From Neocallimastix sp. 'constans' (Eukaryota), in NCBI GenBank assembly GCA_050613775.1, contig JBODTK010000010.1:806001-870000 (forward strand): a stretch of 64,000 nucleotides of DNA, written 5' to 3'. Shown one piece after another: positions 17,649 through 35,383 of this stretch. Under the pieces are notes generated by a model. That model searched no databases and had not been told where the DNA came from. It was given only the letters and a program-made list of their open reading frames with translations. Position 1 is the stretch's first letter. Every line of letters starts with the position of its first letter. Made by a program: the position numbers and the translations under genes.

Positions 17649-18005
17649 TTTTTTTTTTTTTAGTAGAATTATTGTGAACTTTGAGTTATTTATTCATTTA
17701 TCAATAACATGAATATTTTTTTTAAAAAAAAGCACACAATTAAAAAAAAAATAATTATTATTTGTTCAATTTGAATATAATAATATTTTAAATAGTAATG
17801 TGAAATAAAAATAATATTCAAAGTAAAATGAATTAATAAATTCAGAAAAAAGTTCATATGCAGGAACCTCACCTCCAGATTATAAGGTTTATGTTTAAAG
17901 GAATTCTTATTCCGTTCTAGGTTTGAATTGACAATTTGAAAGAAATTATGATCTTCTTCTTCAATGGCATTGGCCTGTCTTATTGTATTTTCAGAATCAA
18001 CACTA
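17649..18005 (-). repeat. Left inverted arm (poly(A)-tailed on minus strand)
   Basis: Reverse complement aligns with 19925-20290 (shared block CTTATAATCTGGAGGTGAGGTTC..TGCAT.TGAACTTTTTCTGAATTTATT); ends in T-run 17649-17661. Confidence 0.8.
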
Positions 18006-18079
18006 CTGGTTAATTTGAATTTACACTGTTGGAATAGCAATCTTTATCGAATACCAACCCAAGTCATAATTTCTGAAAT

Positions 18080-19910
18080 GAGATTGAATAAAATAAAATA
18101 AAATAAAATAAAATAAATAGTAGAATATAAATATAAAGTACAGATTGAATAAAATAAAATAAAATAAAATAAAATAAAATAAAATAAAATAAAATAAATA
18201 GTAGAATATAAATATGAAGTACAGATTGAATAAAATAAAATAAAATAAAATAAAATAAAATAAATAGTAGAATATAAATATGAAGTACAGATTGAATAAA
18301 ATAAAATAAAATAAATAGTTGAAATATAAATATGAAGTACAGATTGAATAAAATAAAATAAAATAAAATAAATAGTAGAATATAAATATAAAGTACAGAT
18401 TGAATAAAATAAAATAAAATAAAATAAAATAAATAGTAGAATATAAATATGAAGTACAGATTGAATAAAATAAAATAAAATAAAATAAACAGTAGAACAC
18501 AAACATGAAGTACAGATTGAATAAAATAAAATAAAATAAAATAAATAGTAGAATATAAATATGAAGTACAGATTGAATAAAATAAAATAAAATAAAATAA
18601 ATAGTAGAATATTAAATATAAAGTACAGATTGAATAAAATAAAATAAAATAAAATAAAATAAAATAAAATAAATAGCAGAATATAAATATGAAGTACAGA
18701 TTGAATAAAATAAAATAAAATAAAATAAATAGTAGAATATTAAATATAAAGTACAGATTGAATAAAATAAAATAAAATAAAATAAAATAAAATAAAATAA
18801 AATAAATAGCAGAATATAAATATGAAGTACAGATTGAATAAAATAAAATAAAATAAAATAAAATAAAATAAAATAAAATAAAATAAAATAAAATAAAATA
18901 AAATAAAATAAAATAAAATAAAATAAAATAAATAGTAGAATATGAATATAAAGTACAGATTGAATAAAATAAAATAAAATAAAATAAAATAAATAGTAGA
19001 ATATAAATATGAAGTACAGATTGAATAAAATAAAATAAAATAAATAGTTGAAATATGAATATAAAGTACAGATTGAATAAAATAAAATAAAATAAAATAA
19101 ATAGTAGAATATTAAATATAAAGTACAGATTGAATAAAATAAAATAAAATAAAATAAAATAAAATAAAATAAAATAAATAGCAGAATATAAATATGAAGT
19201 ACAGATTGAATAAAATAAAATAAAATAAAATAAAATAAAATAAAATAAAATAAAATAAAATAAAATAAAATAAAATAAAATAAAATAAATAGTAGAATAT
19301 GAATATAAAGTACAGATTGAATAAAATAAAATAAAATAAAATAAAATAAATAGTAGAATATGAATATAAAGTACAGATTGAATAAAATAAAATAAAATAA
19401 AATAAAATAAATAGTAGAATATGAATATAAAGTACAGATTGAATAAAATAAAATAAAATAAAATAAAATAAATAGTAGAATATGAATATAAAGTACAGAT
19501 TGAATAAAATAAAATAAAATAAAATAAAATAAATAGTAGAATATGAATATAAAGTACAGATTGAATAAAATAAAATAAAATAAAATAAAATAAATAGTAG
19601 AATATGAATATAAAGTACAGATTGAATAAAATAAAATAAAATAAAATAAAATAAAATAAAATAAAATAAAATAAAATAAAATAAAATAAAATAAAATAAA
19701 ATAAAATAAAATAAAATAAAATAAAATAAAATAAAATAAAATAAAATAAAATAAAATAAAATAAAATAAAATAAAATAAAATAAAATAAAATAAAATAAA
19801 ATAAAATAAAATAAAATAAAATAAAATAAAATAAAATAAAATAAAATAAAATAAAATAAAATAAAATAAATAGTAGAATATGAATATAAAGTACAGATTG
19901 AATAAAATAA
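18080..19910. repeat. Compound tandem array: conserved ~36-bp unit interspaced by variable (AAAAT)n
   Basis: About 24 copies of AAATAGTAGAATATRAATATRAAGTACAGATTGAAT separated by a few to ~50 AAAAT units; explains the FILFY ORFs. Confidence 0.92.
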
Positions 19911-19924
19911 TACAAACATTAGGA

Positions 19925-20290
19925 GAGTCAACGCTGAAAATGCTGTAAGACAGGCTAGTAGGGCCAATGTCTCTAAAGGAGAAGACCATAATTTTTTACA
20001 GATAGTAATTTAATTCCTTTTAAATCAAAGATCTTATAATCTGGAGGTGAGGTTCGTTGCATGTGAACTTTTTTCTGAATTTATTTATACGCCTTATTTT
20101 GAATATTACATTTTATTTAACATTATTATTTAAAATATTATTATAGTCTAATTGGAAAAATAATATTATTTTTTTTACTAATTCAAAGTTTTTTTTTTTA
20201 AAAAATATTCATAGAATTAATAAATTAATAAATAAATTAAGTTTAAAGTTCGTAATAATTGCATCTGTAAAAAAAAAAAAAAAAAAAAAA
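19925..20290 (+). repeat. Right inverted arm (poly(A)-tailed on plus strand)
   Basis: Diverged inverted copy of 17649-18005; ends in A-run 20269-20290. Confidence 0.8.
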
Positions 20291-20387
20291 TACAAGCATT
20301 ATACTTATACACACCAAAAACAATAATAATAAAGTTTTTGTATATTTTAAATTAAAAAAAATAATATCCTTTATAAGGATTAATTAT

Positions 20388-21709
20388 TTAAATTTTATCA
20401 TTGTATATTCCAGTAATAATTTTTGCTGATACGGAAGATAAACTATCTTCAACGCCGTATAAAATATTTTCTAAAACGCTATAAGGATCTTCAAAGGATA
20501 ATTTTGAAATAAATGAGTAATCATCATTTTTCATTCCAAAACGTGACATTGGTACGATGGTATCATTCCGACACATGATGTTAGTAAGTAATTCAATATG
20601 TTGATTATTGTAGTACGATTTATCGATATTAGTAATTCGTTTTAATTGCTCTAGAATATTTTGTTTTCGAGTGTTATGATCAACTTGTTTTGAAGTACCA
20701 TAAACAGTATAACGAGAACGATCAAGATCAATATATTGATTTTCGAAAAGAGGGTCAAGATTTCTTCCGACGACTTCCACGTAAAATTCTTCTTCTCCAA
20801 GCATTTTAGAAGAGACAGTTTTTACTCCTTTAGTTCCTGTTAAAGAAATATCATTAAGTAATTTGAAAATTTTTTCATATTTAATTTCAACATAATTACT
20901 ATCAAATATATAGTAATTTTCTTTTTCTTCAAACGTTAAATTATTTATTTTAAAATAATCTAATAAGCTATCGTTAGTAATATTTGAATCATTTTTAATT
21001 TCGATATGACTTTCTTCATCATTTTTATTTTGGGTATGAAAATTTTCTTCATATTTCCATTCATTTTTATTCTGTTCGTTATCACTTAAAACATATTTAT
21101 CATTGTAGTCATCATCACTTTCTAAGTTTATTACGTTATTAGGACAATTTTCTTTTACTTTATAAACACATAATATATCTTCTTCAACAGTATATTCTAT
21201 ACCATTACTATCTAACCAGTCTAATATTTTTGAAGCTGGGTTTTTAAATTCAATATAAAGATTCTCAAGATTAAATGAAGAATCCCACTTTCCAAGAATG
21301 TTATTAGAATCTTTTAAATATTGTTTAATAGTTTGGTGTATGATGACTCTGTTTTATTGTGAGTTATATTATACAACTCTTTCAAATCATTAATTGTATC
21401 ATCGCCTGTAAGTTTATGAAAATAACTCAAAGCTGACTGAGTGACCGGTTCTCCAATTGACTGAGCCGCTAGAATTCCAACATGAGTATTTGCTGTCACT
21501 TTATGTGAATTAATATGATTTATAACTATTTTAACAAATTCATCGGGTTTAAAATTTGGCGATTTCCTTTTTTGTTCAAGAAATTTTTTAATTTTTTGAA
21601 GTAGATTTTTAATGCATACTTGAAAATGAATAATCTCATTAGAAAATGGATTAGATATTTTATTACAAATATTATTAATGTCTGATTCAGAAAAATATTC
21701 TTTACTCAT
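20388..21709 (-). CDS. Stand-alone C-terminal half of multisubunit RNA polymerase largest subunit (RpoA''/Rpb1 domain 5-7-like), ~440 aa, one 1-bp frameshift; probable viral origin
   Basis: VGILAAQSIGEPVTQSALSYFH (trigger-helix/loop), LNDISLTGTKGVKTV, VEVVGRNL, HIELLTNIMC..VPMSRFG..SFISKLSFED..GVEDSLSSVSAKIITG. Adding one A in the run at 21332-21334 gives one open frame from ATG 21709 to stop 20388. Confidence 0.88.
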
Positions 21710-22327
21710 TTATTTTTAAATACTTTTATTAATTTTGCTTTATGAAAATGTATATATTATTATCATTTTATTTAAGAAATATAAATGTAAATAAAATTTT
21801 TACATCTATATAATAATTTTTTTTTTTTTTTTTTTTTTTTTTTGTAATTAATTATTACGTTAAATTTAAAATAAAGATAACAATAAATTTAATTTATTAC
21901 ATGGATTAAAGAAATCAATAAAATTAGTTGATTTGATGAAATATTTTTTTTTGTTTTAAAAAATATAAACTAAATATATATATATAAACCATAATTTTTT
22001 AAATATATAAACAATAAAAAATATATATATAAAACATAATCTTATATTATTATCGTTATTTATAATATATGCAATATAGTAAATAATTTGGTTTGAATTT
22101 TATTTTTAATATATCGTAAATTAATTAAAACTTTAAATAAAATTTATAGGCATAGTAACTATAAAAAATAAACTTTTTTATCTTAGATCTTAGATAAAAT
22201 TATTAATTTATATTATTTTAGAGAGAGTTTTATGTATTTTTTTCTTTTTTTTTTTTAAAAAAAAAATAATCAAATTAATAGGTCAATAATTTATATAATA
22301 TATCTATTATAAATTATTATAACTTTT

Positions 22328-25300
22328 TTATTTAAATTCCCAAACTTTATCACCTTTTTCTATATAGTCTTGAACAAAAAGGAAAAACAAATAATGGACA
22401 GAATCTGATATTTTTTCATTTGATTGGTTTCCTTTACTTTTGATTATTTTATAGTAGTGTTGAGATGTTGCTATTCTTTCAATAATAGGATCTTTTTTAG
22501 TAGATACTGTGGATACTATGTCTTTATTGGAAGAGGAAGAAAAAGAGGAGGAGGAGGAAAATAACAATTCTAATTCCTGCTCCAGATGGTTCTCTCTATC
22601 ATCATAATTATAATTTATATTTTTAGATTCATTATCATTATCATCATTATAATCATTATCATAATCTTTATTATTATTATCATTATCATTATCATAACAG
22701 TTATTTTTACTATTATTTTTAACATTAATTTTATTATTACATTTGATAGTACTATATTTATTATCATATTCATATTTATACTCATATTCATTTTCTTTTT
22801 TATTCCAATTTACATTATTGTCCATTTCAGAATTGTTTTTTGATGACTGTGCTTCATTTATTTTTAAATTTTTTGCTTTATCACTTTCAATGGATAAAGA
22901 TAGATATTTTTTTACTTCTTGTGAGTTTTTTATATTTGACTTTTTTTCTTCAATTTTGCTATCTAATTCAATCATAGATGATTTTAATATTTCTTTGTTT
23001 AATAGGTCGACGTCCATAAAATTATCATTCATATGAGGTTTATGCTTTATTTCATTTTCTCTTTTTTCTTTATTTTTATTGATTTCTTCTTTGTTTATTT
23101 TTTCAATATCCATTTCTAAAAAATAGGGTATAATAGTTAATGACGAAGTAGGGGATAAAGGAGTTATTGTGGAATCCTCAGAATTTTCAGTAAATATGGA
23201 TGATGAAGATGAAAATGTAAGTGTATGAGTAGGTGAGGAAGGAAGAAGATATCGATTAATACTATTATCAGAATAGATCTCATTACTATGATATTGATTT
23301 CCAGAGGTACTACTAATTAATTCTAATTCTGTATCAGTATCCATTTCTGTATTCATCTCCATATCATCAGAGATATCCAAATTTATGATTTCTGACGTTG
23401 GGGTATCTATATTCATCTCATGATCATAATCATAATCATTTTCATTTTCACTTCCTTCTGTTTTAATTTCCTTTAACATTATTGATGATAATAATTTTCT
23501 TTGTGAATTTTGAATTTCAAAAATTGAATTATTACTATTTGTATTATTGCTTGAACTATAATATGAGTTGCTACTATTATTTTTAATACTTTTTATGAAA
23601 GGACTGTTATTATTGTCAGAAGATTTATATATTTTTTTTTTCTTCATAGATTTAAGTTCATTAATTAAATCACCTTCTAAAATTGTATTAGGATCATTAT
23701 TTGGATAAGAATTATCATTTTTTCCTATTTCATCTATTGTTGCATATTCTCTATAAGGAATAGGTGAATATAAATGAGTAGAAGAGGTAGAAGAAGTTGA
23801 ATTTAATAATAATGGTGAAGAAGGAAGGGCAGAAGAAGAAGTTGATCTTAATAATAATGGTGATGATAATGATGAATTTGAAGGAAGAGATAATATAGAA
23901 CTATTAGGAGAAGAGGTATTCTTTAATATATCATTACTAGATGAATTAGATGGAAGTAAAAAAAAATCATTGGTAGTAGTATCTTCTAAATGTTCAATTT
24001 CAACTTCTTTATTTTCCATACCACCGATATCATTTAAATTTAGTTCATCTAAAGCCTCTCCATTTAATTCCTTCATTGTTATGGATAATGCTGATGAGAG
24101 TGTGGTGGTAGATAATAATGGACTAGCATGATGGGTTAGATATTCTTTTAAAATGATTTCATTCTTCATGAGGGGATCACTAGATATAATATTATCAATT
24201 TTATCTATATCAATTATCTTATTATTATTATTATTGGTATTATCAATATCATTATCAATATCATTATCAATGTCATTATCAATGTCATTATCAATGTTAT
24301 TATCAATGTCATTATCAATATCACTGTCAATGTCATTATCAATGTCATTGTCAATATCATCAATATCATTATCAATATTATTATCAATATCATTATTAAT
24401 ATCATTATCAATATCATTATCAATATCATTATCAATATCATTATCAATATCAAAATCAATGTTATTGTCAATGTCATTATCGATGTTACCGTTATTTTCA
24501 TTTTCATTTTCTAATTCTTTTGTTTTGATCATTTCCTGTTCTATTATATCATCATTAAAAATATTTTTGTTTCTTTCATTTTTCTTTATCTCAATGTAGT
24601 TATCATGTAGTTCTTCATCAAAAGATTTAATTTTCATCAAACTGTTATCATTAAAATTATTTTCTTCTTTTTTAATTCTTTCCCATTCTATTTTATCTTT
24701 ATATAATAAAAATTTCTCTACTATTTCATTATTATTTGTTTTTTGTTGATCTCTTTCCATATTATTTTCAAAAATATTTAAAATATTTTCATTTTTCACT
24801 TTTTCTTGCCTTTTACTGTCTTCAAATGATAAGTAAATTTTTTGTATTACTTCATCGTCAATATTTTTAATATTACTTTTATCTATTTTGGAAAAATCTT
24901 CTTTTTTAATTTTCTTCCATTCTTCGATCTTTTCAAGAAATTCATCATTAACTGATTTTTCATCTTTATCAGTTAAGAGCTGTACTCCTTTAGTTTTACT
25001 TTCATTGGCACTCAAGGATTCATTCAGTAATTTTTCTTTTTTTATTTTCTTATTTTCAAATAATTCATCATTTTCTTTTGGTTCATTATTATCTTTTATA
25101 ATTTTGAAATTTTCCATATTATTTTCATCAAAACTTGATATAGATTCCTCTTTTTTAATTTTTTTCCATTCTAATATTAAATTTTTAAATTCTTCATTAT
25201 CATCACTATCATTAAAATTATTCTTTTCTTGGTTATTCCTGAACTCATTTAAAATAATATTTTCTTGTTGGTTTAGTGAATCTTCCCTTTTAATTTGTTT

Positions 25301-26812
25301 CCAGTTTAATACGTTAACATAATTATCATTTAATGAAGTATCATTGTCTGTAAATTTTATCTTTGCAATACTTTGTTCTTCTATATTTGAAGAAACTTCT
25401 TTTTTAATTTTTTCAAATTCTTTTATCCAATATTTAATATACTCTTTATTATTGTTTTCATTTTTATCATTTTTATTCATAATTCTATTATGTATATTTT
25501 CATTATTTTCAAAATATTTAACCTTTTTTTTATTATCACTAATATATTTATTACTTTTTTTAATACTTTTCCAGTCCATAATTATATTTTTATATTCTTC
25601 ATTATTTTTACTGGAATTAGTATTATTTAATATATCTTTAAGGTATTTAATTTTTTCATTAATATTTTTATTTTTATAAAAAGATACTTCTTCTTCTCTA
25701 TTAATTTTTTCCCATTCTATTTTTGTTTCAATGTCATCAGGTTTAAAAAAAGTTCTATAACTATTGAGATTGACATCTAAATTTTCTTCTTCATAATAAG
25801 TTCTTTTTTTATTTTTCTTATCTTCTTCTTCTTCTTCTTCTACTTCATTACTAATAAGTTTTTCATTCTTAATTTCCCTAAAATCAATGGAATCATTTTC
25901 AAAAGTTTCTTCATATTGAGCTTTATCATTATATTCTTTTTCTTCTTCTTCTTCTTCTTCTTTTTCTTCTTCTTCTTCTTCTTCTTTTTCTTCTTCTTCT
26001 TCTTCATTACTAACAAAATTTCCATGATTAATATCTTTTATATTTTCAAAAGAAGCGTTTTCATAATTTTTTTCCATATAAATAATTAAATGATGATCAC
26101 CATTTTCTTCAATATACTTTGAATTCTTGATATTACTCATATCGTCACTTTCATTTTCATAATAATTAATTTTTTGGTTTTCAATTTTTTTTAAACTCAA
26201 TAAATTATTTGAGCATATTTTCTTTTCAAATTTCTTATCTTTTTGATTTTTCTTAATTTTCTCTTCAATATATTGAATTTTTTTAATACTATCTTCTTTA
26301 TCAAATAATTCTTCGTTATCATTCATTTCTAACTCTAATAAATTTTGATATGAATCATCTCCAGAGTTGCTATTTTCGTTAAAATTTTCACTTTTTTTGT
26401 TTCTTTCATTATTATTTATTATTTTATTTTTATTAATATCTTCAATTTCATTCACATTGATAGAACTATTTTGATTTTCTATTTCTTCTTTTTCACATTC
26501 AGTTGATAAATAATAATCATTATTTTTTATAATTCCATTACTTTTGGATTGTTTCTTATTATTTTTATTTATATTATCGCCATGAAAATCAACATCATTA
26601 TCACTATCATTATCATTATTACTATCACTTTCATTGATTTGAGTAACAGATATTTTCTTTCTTTTCTTTATTTCATTTCTTCCATTTGGAATTTTATTTT
26701 TTCTTTTTCTTTTGTTTAATTCATCTTCTTTACTCTTGAAATAAGTTTTCAAATGTCCTATTAACCTTTTTTTTAATTCCATATTAAAATCTTCTATATC
26801 TTGAGTATTCAA
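22328..26812 (-). CDS. Long low-complexity (N/E/K/D/S-rich) exon, probably the terminal exon of the MULE-derived gene
   Basis: 1494-codon open frame with no ATG start (TTG call), recurrent EWKKIKKEE-like motif and DNDI repeats (24238-24480). A phase-compatible ttag acceptor lies near 26827. Confidence 0.6.
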   Translation of the reverse strand: MNTQDIEDFNMELKKRLIGHLKTYFKSKEDELNKRKRKNKIPNGRNEIKKRKKISVTQINESDSNNDNDSDNDVDFHGDNINKNNKKQSKSNGIIKNNDYYLSTECEKEEIENQNSSINVNEIEDINKNKIINNNERNKKSENFNENSNSGDDSYQNLLELEMNDNEELFDKEDSIKKIQYIEEKIKKNQKDKKFEKKICSNNLLSLKKIENQKINYYENESDDMSNIKNSKYIEENGDHHLIIYMEKNYENASFENIKDINHGNFVSNEEEEEEKEEEEEEEKEEEEEEEKEYNDKAQYEETFENDSIDFREIKNEKLISNEVEEEEEEDKKNKKRTYYEEENLDVNLNSYRTFFKPDDIETKIEWEKINREEEVSFYKNKNINEKIKYLKDILNNTNSSKNNEEYKNIIMDWKSIKKSNKYISDNKKKVKYFENNENIHNRIMNKNDKNENNNKEYIKYWIKEFEKIKKEVSSNIEEQSIAKIKFTDNDTSLNDNYVNVLNWKQIKREDSLNQQENIILNEFRNNQEKNNFNDSDDNEEFKNLILEWKKIKKEESISSFDENNMENFKIIKDNNEPKENDELFENKKIKKEKLLNESLSANESKTKGVQLLTDKDEKSVNDEFLEKIEEWKKIKKEDFSKIDKSNIKNIDDEVIQKIYLSFEDSKRQEKVKNENILNIFENNMERDQQKTNNNEIVEKFLLYKDKIEWERIKKEENNFNDNSLMKIKSFDEELHDNYIEIKKNERNKNIFNDDIIEQEMIKTKELENENENNGNIDNDIDNNIDFDIDNDIDNDIDNDIDNDINNDIDNNIDNDIDDIDNDIDNDIDSDIDNDIDNNIDNDIDNDIDNDIDNDIDNTNNNNNKIIDIDKIDNIISSDPLMKNEIILKEYLTHHASPLLSTTTLSSALSITMKELNGEALDELNLNDIGGMENKEVEIEHLEDTTTNDFFLLPSNSSSNDILKNTSSPNSSILSLPSNSSLSSPLLLRSTSSSALPSSPLLLNSTSSTSSTHLYSPIPYREYATIDEIGKNDNSYPNNDPNTILEGDLINELKSMKKKKIYKSSDNNNSPFIKSIKNNSSNSYYSSSNNTNSNNSIFEIQNSQRKLLSSIMLKEIKTEGSENENDYDYDHEMNIDTPTSEIINLDISDDMEMNTEMDTDTELELISSTSGNQYHSNEIYSDNSINRYLLPSSPTHTLTFSSSSSIFTENSEDSTITPLSPTSSLTIIPYFLEMDIEKINKEEINKNKEKRENEIKHKPHMNDNFMDVDLLNKEILKSSMIELDSKIEEKKSNIKNSQEVKKYLSLSIESDKAKNLKINEAQSSKNNSEMDNNVNWNKKENEYEYKYEYDNKYSTIKCNNKINVKNNSKNNCYDNDNDNNNKDYDNDYNDDNDNESKNINYNYDDRENHLEQELELLFSSSSSFSSSSNKDIVSTVSTKKDPIIERIATSQHYYKIIKSKGNQSNEKISDSVHYLFFLFVQDYIEKGDKVWEFK

Positions 26813-27099
26813 CTTTTTTATGTTCTCTAATTCAAAGTTTCCAATAAATATATATATATATATATAAATAAATATATAAATATAAATATATGAATAAATA
26901 AATGAATGAATAAATAAATGTATAAATATTTATATGTATATAAATTTTTTCTTTATTTATAGACCTCTATTTCTATCTATCTATCTATATTAAATATATA
27001 TTTATATTTATAAAGTGATTATTTATTATTATAATTTAAAATTCAATTTTCAATAAAGAGCTCTATTATAATTACCAAGGATAAAATTATAAATATAAC

Positions 27100-32401
<5,302 letters not shown>

Positions 32402-32478
32402 TTTAAAATAAACTTTTTATTAAAATAAAATTCCAATTAATTATATATAAATTAGGAGGGGTTTTTTTTTCTAATAAA

Positions 32479-32519
<41 letters not shown>

Positions 32520-32594
32520 ATACCATTATTGAAGAAATTTATATTAAACAATAAAGATATAATTATATCTTTAAATTTAAAAAATATAACAAAA

Positions 32595-32625
<31 letters not shown>

Positions 32626-33350
32626 AATAAATATAGAAATAATTCAAAAAATAAGCTGCCTTAATTTTTAATTGACATAGTATTATTTTTTTTCAATTTA
32701 AAATATGATCTTTTTAAATAATATCGTAATAATTAAAAATAATAAAATTTCATTTAAAAGCGTCTGAAATTTGAAATATTAATAAAATATTTATAATCTT
32801 TATTCAAAATAATATTAAAAAATTCTTTATTTAATATTTTAATACGTAAGTTTTTGAAATTTTTTGTCAAAACTATAATTTTTTTTTTTTAAAAATAAAT
32901 AATATAATGTATCATTCATTAAATATAACCAATCAAATTTTTATTAATCTGTACTACATAAATAATTATGTGCTTTTTTTTTTAAAATTAGTTTAAATGA
33001 AATTATTTAATAATTGTTAATTATTATTTAATTTTTTTAATTTTATTCCTTTATCCGTTTTAATATAAATTTGTAACTCTTATAAATAAATAAATAAATA
33101 AATAAATGTTAATTTTAAAATTATTTTGTTTTAATTAAACACTTTTTATTTATTTTATTAAGTTCTTATTTTTTAATTATAAAAAATATTATTATTTTTA
33201 TATCAATACATTTACATAATACAATTATATTTTTGTACTAACTCATTGTTATAATATATATAAGCCTCAAATATTTAGTAAACATATACAATATTTATTT
33301 TAAATATATTTTAACTTAATAATTAATAAATTATAATAAACTTTATTTTT

Positions 33351-35383
33351 AACACTCCTCCTAAAGTTTAGTTCTGATTTATTTAGAATTTTTCTAATAT
33401 AGATTCTCTGAATTTATTCATTAGGTTCGTATTTAAATACTTTGTAAAACCGTCAGCTAAATTATCCATAGATTTAACGTACTTTAATTTGATTCTTCTT
33501 TCCTTAACTAATTCTCTTATGTGGTGATATTTTATGTCTATGTGTCTTGATTTAGGATTTATGGTTTCGTTTTCGCAATTGTATATAGCAGCTTTATTAT
33601 CAACGTTAATATTAATATAATTTTGCTTTATATTTAGTTCATTAAATATATTTTCATACCATAGACAGTGTCTCGCGCATTCATCGATAGCATAATATTC
33701 ACTTTCAGCTGTGGATACCGCTACAGACTTTTGCAATTTCGAATACCACGTTGTAGGAGTAGAATCAAACAAAATTAGGTAACCTGTAGTTGACTTCCTG
33801 GTCTCCTCATCTCCTCCGAAGTCAGAATCGACATAGGCTCTTAAGTCCATTTTTGCGTCCTTTCTATATCTTAAACCATAGTTTGGCTTTCCTTTCAAGT
33901 ACCTGAATACTTTATTACGTTTAGCCTGTCTTCGTAAGTAGGATCCTTTGATCTTCGTGATGCTTTATTTACGGCAAACATAATATCGGGTCTAGTACAG
34001 AGTGCAAGGTATAAAAGTGTCCCTATAGCTTGTTGATATCTTGTGATGTTAAATTTTTTCTTTCTCAACTTTTCGTTTTTCTCTGGTATCATGTTTGAAG
34101 ATATCTTATATTTATTTATATCATATTTATCGAGCATATTTTCGACATACCTTTTTTGTTGTAATAAATAACCGTCCTTCTCTTTTTCGAATTTAATACC
34201 TATAATAGTATTTACATTTCCGATATCTGTAATGTTGAAATGCTTTTTTAATAAATTTTTAGTATTATTTATTTCATATTCATTACCTGTTAGTAATATG
34301 TCATCAACATAAACGGTTAATATACATGTTAGTTTATTTTGATTGTTTTTCTTCATATAAACACATGGTTCACTCATTAAACGATGAAATCCTATTTCTT
34401 TTAATTTTTTATCAAGGGTATTGTTCCATAAACGTCCGGACTGTTTGAGTCCGTACAGGGCCCTTTTGAGTTTCCAATAACCTTTTTTATAATATTCTGC
34501 ACCTTCAGGTATCTCCATATATACCTCTTCATCTAATTCAGCATTTAAGTAAGCTGATTTTATATCAATTTGTAGATGTTGAATCCATTTATCACTGCTA
34601 ATGCCGTGATTGTTCTTAAGGAATCATAATTTAATGTAGGTGAGTAAGTCTCGTTGTAATCCACTCCTTGTTTCTGGGTAAAACCTCTAGCCACTAATCT
34701 AGCCTTTCTTTTGTTTATGGTGTTGTCTGAATTATATTTATATCTAAAAACCCATTTTGGAGTTACAATATTATAATTTTTTGGTACTTTACTTACCACC
34801 TCGTACACATTTAAATCTTTCATACTGTCTAACTCATCCTTTACCGCTTTGAACCATTCCTTTTTATCAGCTTTAGTATATATATCTTTATAATTAAATG
34901 GTTCACATAATTTCTCATTCACTGATAATAGTGAATATACATTATTGGTTTTATTAGTAGATAACGTATAATTATCGTTTAATATATCGTTTATATTGAA
35001 GGATTTTGATTTCTTATTATTATGATTGTTATTATTTTGTTCATCTGTATCTTTGTATTTTCTTTTTATTTTTATAATTTTATACTTCTTATTGTGTATG
35101 TTTATATCTTTTATTTCATTTACATTCGTGTTATTTGTATTTTGTTTATTTGAATTTAATTCTGTTTTTTCAATTTGTTCATTGGAATTTTCATTTAATT
35201 CAGCATTTCTTTTGTTAATTATGTTTTGTTGATTTGAATTTATATTAAATTCAATATTTCTTTTATTGTTATCAATATTAATTTCATTGTTTACATTATT
35301 GTTGTTATTATAATTATTATTATTATTCCCAATTATTTTATTTTCGTTTATATTTGAATTTAAATTATTTAAATTATTATAAT
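33351..35383 (-). mobile_element. Ty1/Copia retrotransposon, 3' fragment (RT + RNase H), disrupted and truncated by a Gypsy insertion
   Basis: KWVFRYK..KARLVARGFTQKQGVDY, LKRALYGLKQSG, VYVDDILL, YVDSDFGG, ADGFTK. Frameshifts near 34570 and 33905. PPT AGGAGGAG abuts 3' LTR start TGTT at 33354 (LTR far end not defined). Confidence 0.9.

Noticed and set aside
18080..19910. CRISPR array (36-bp repeat ending ATTGAAT, regularly interspaced)
   Set aside because: Spacers are only (AAAAT)n with no unique sequence, no cas genes are present and the context is eukaryotic.
18021..19989. Long FILFY-repeat ORFs on the minus strand
   Set aside because: By-product of stop-free (TTTTA)n repeats, open in all three frames.
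21706..21843. Poxvirus-like TAAATG initiator and upstream poly(A) at the RNAP-like gene
   Set aside because: Both are expected by chance at this AT content; TAAATG also occurs at the element B gag start, and homopolymers are ubiquitous.
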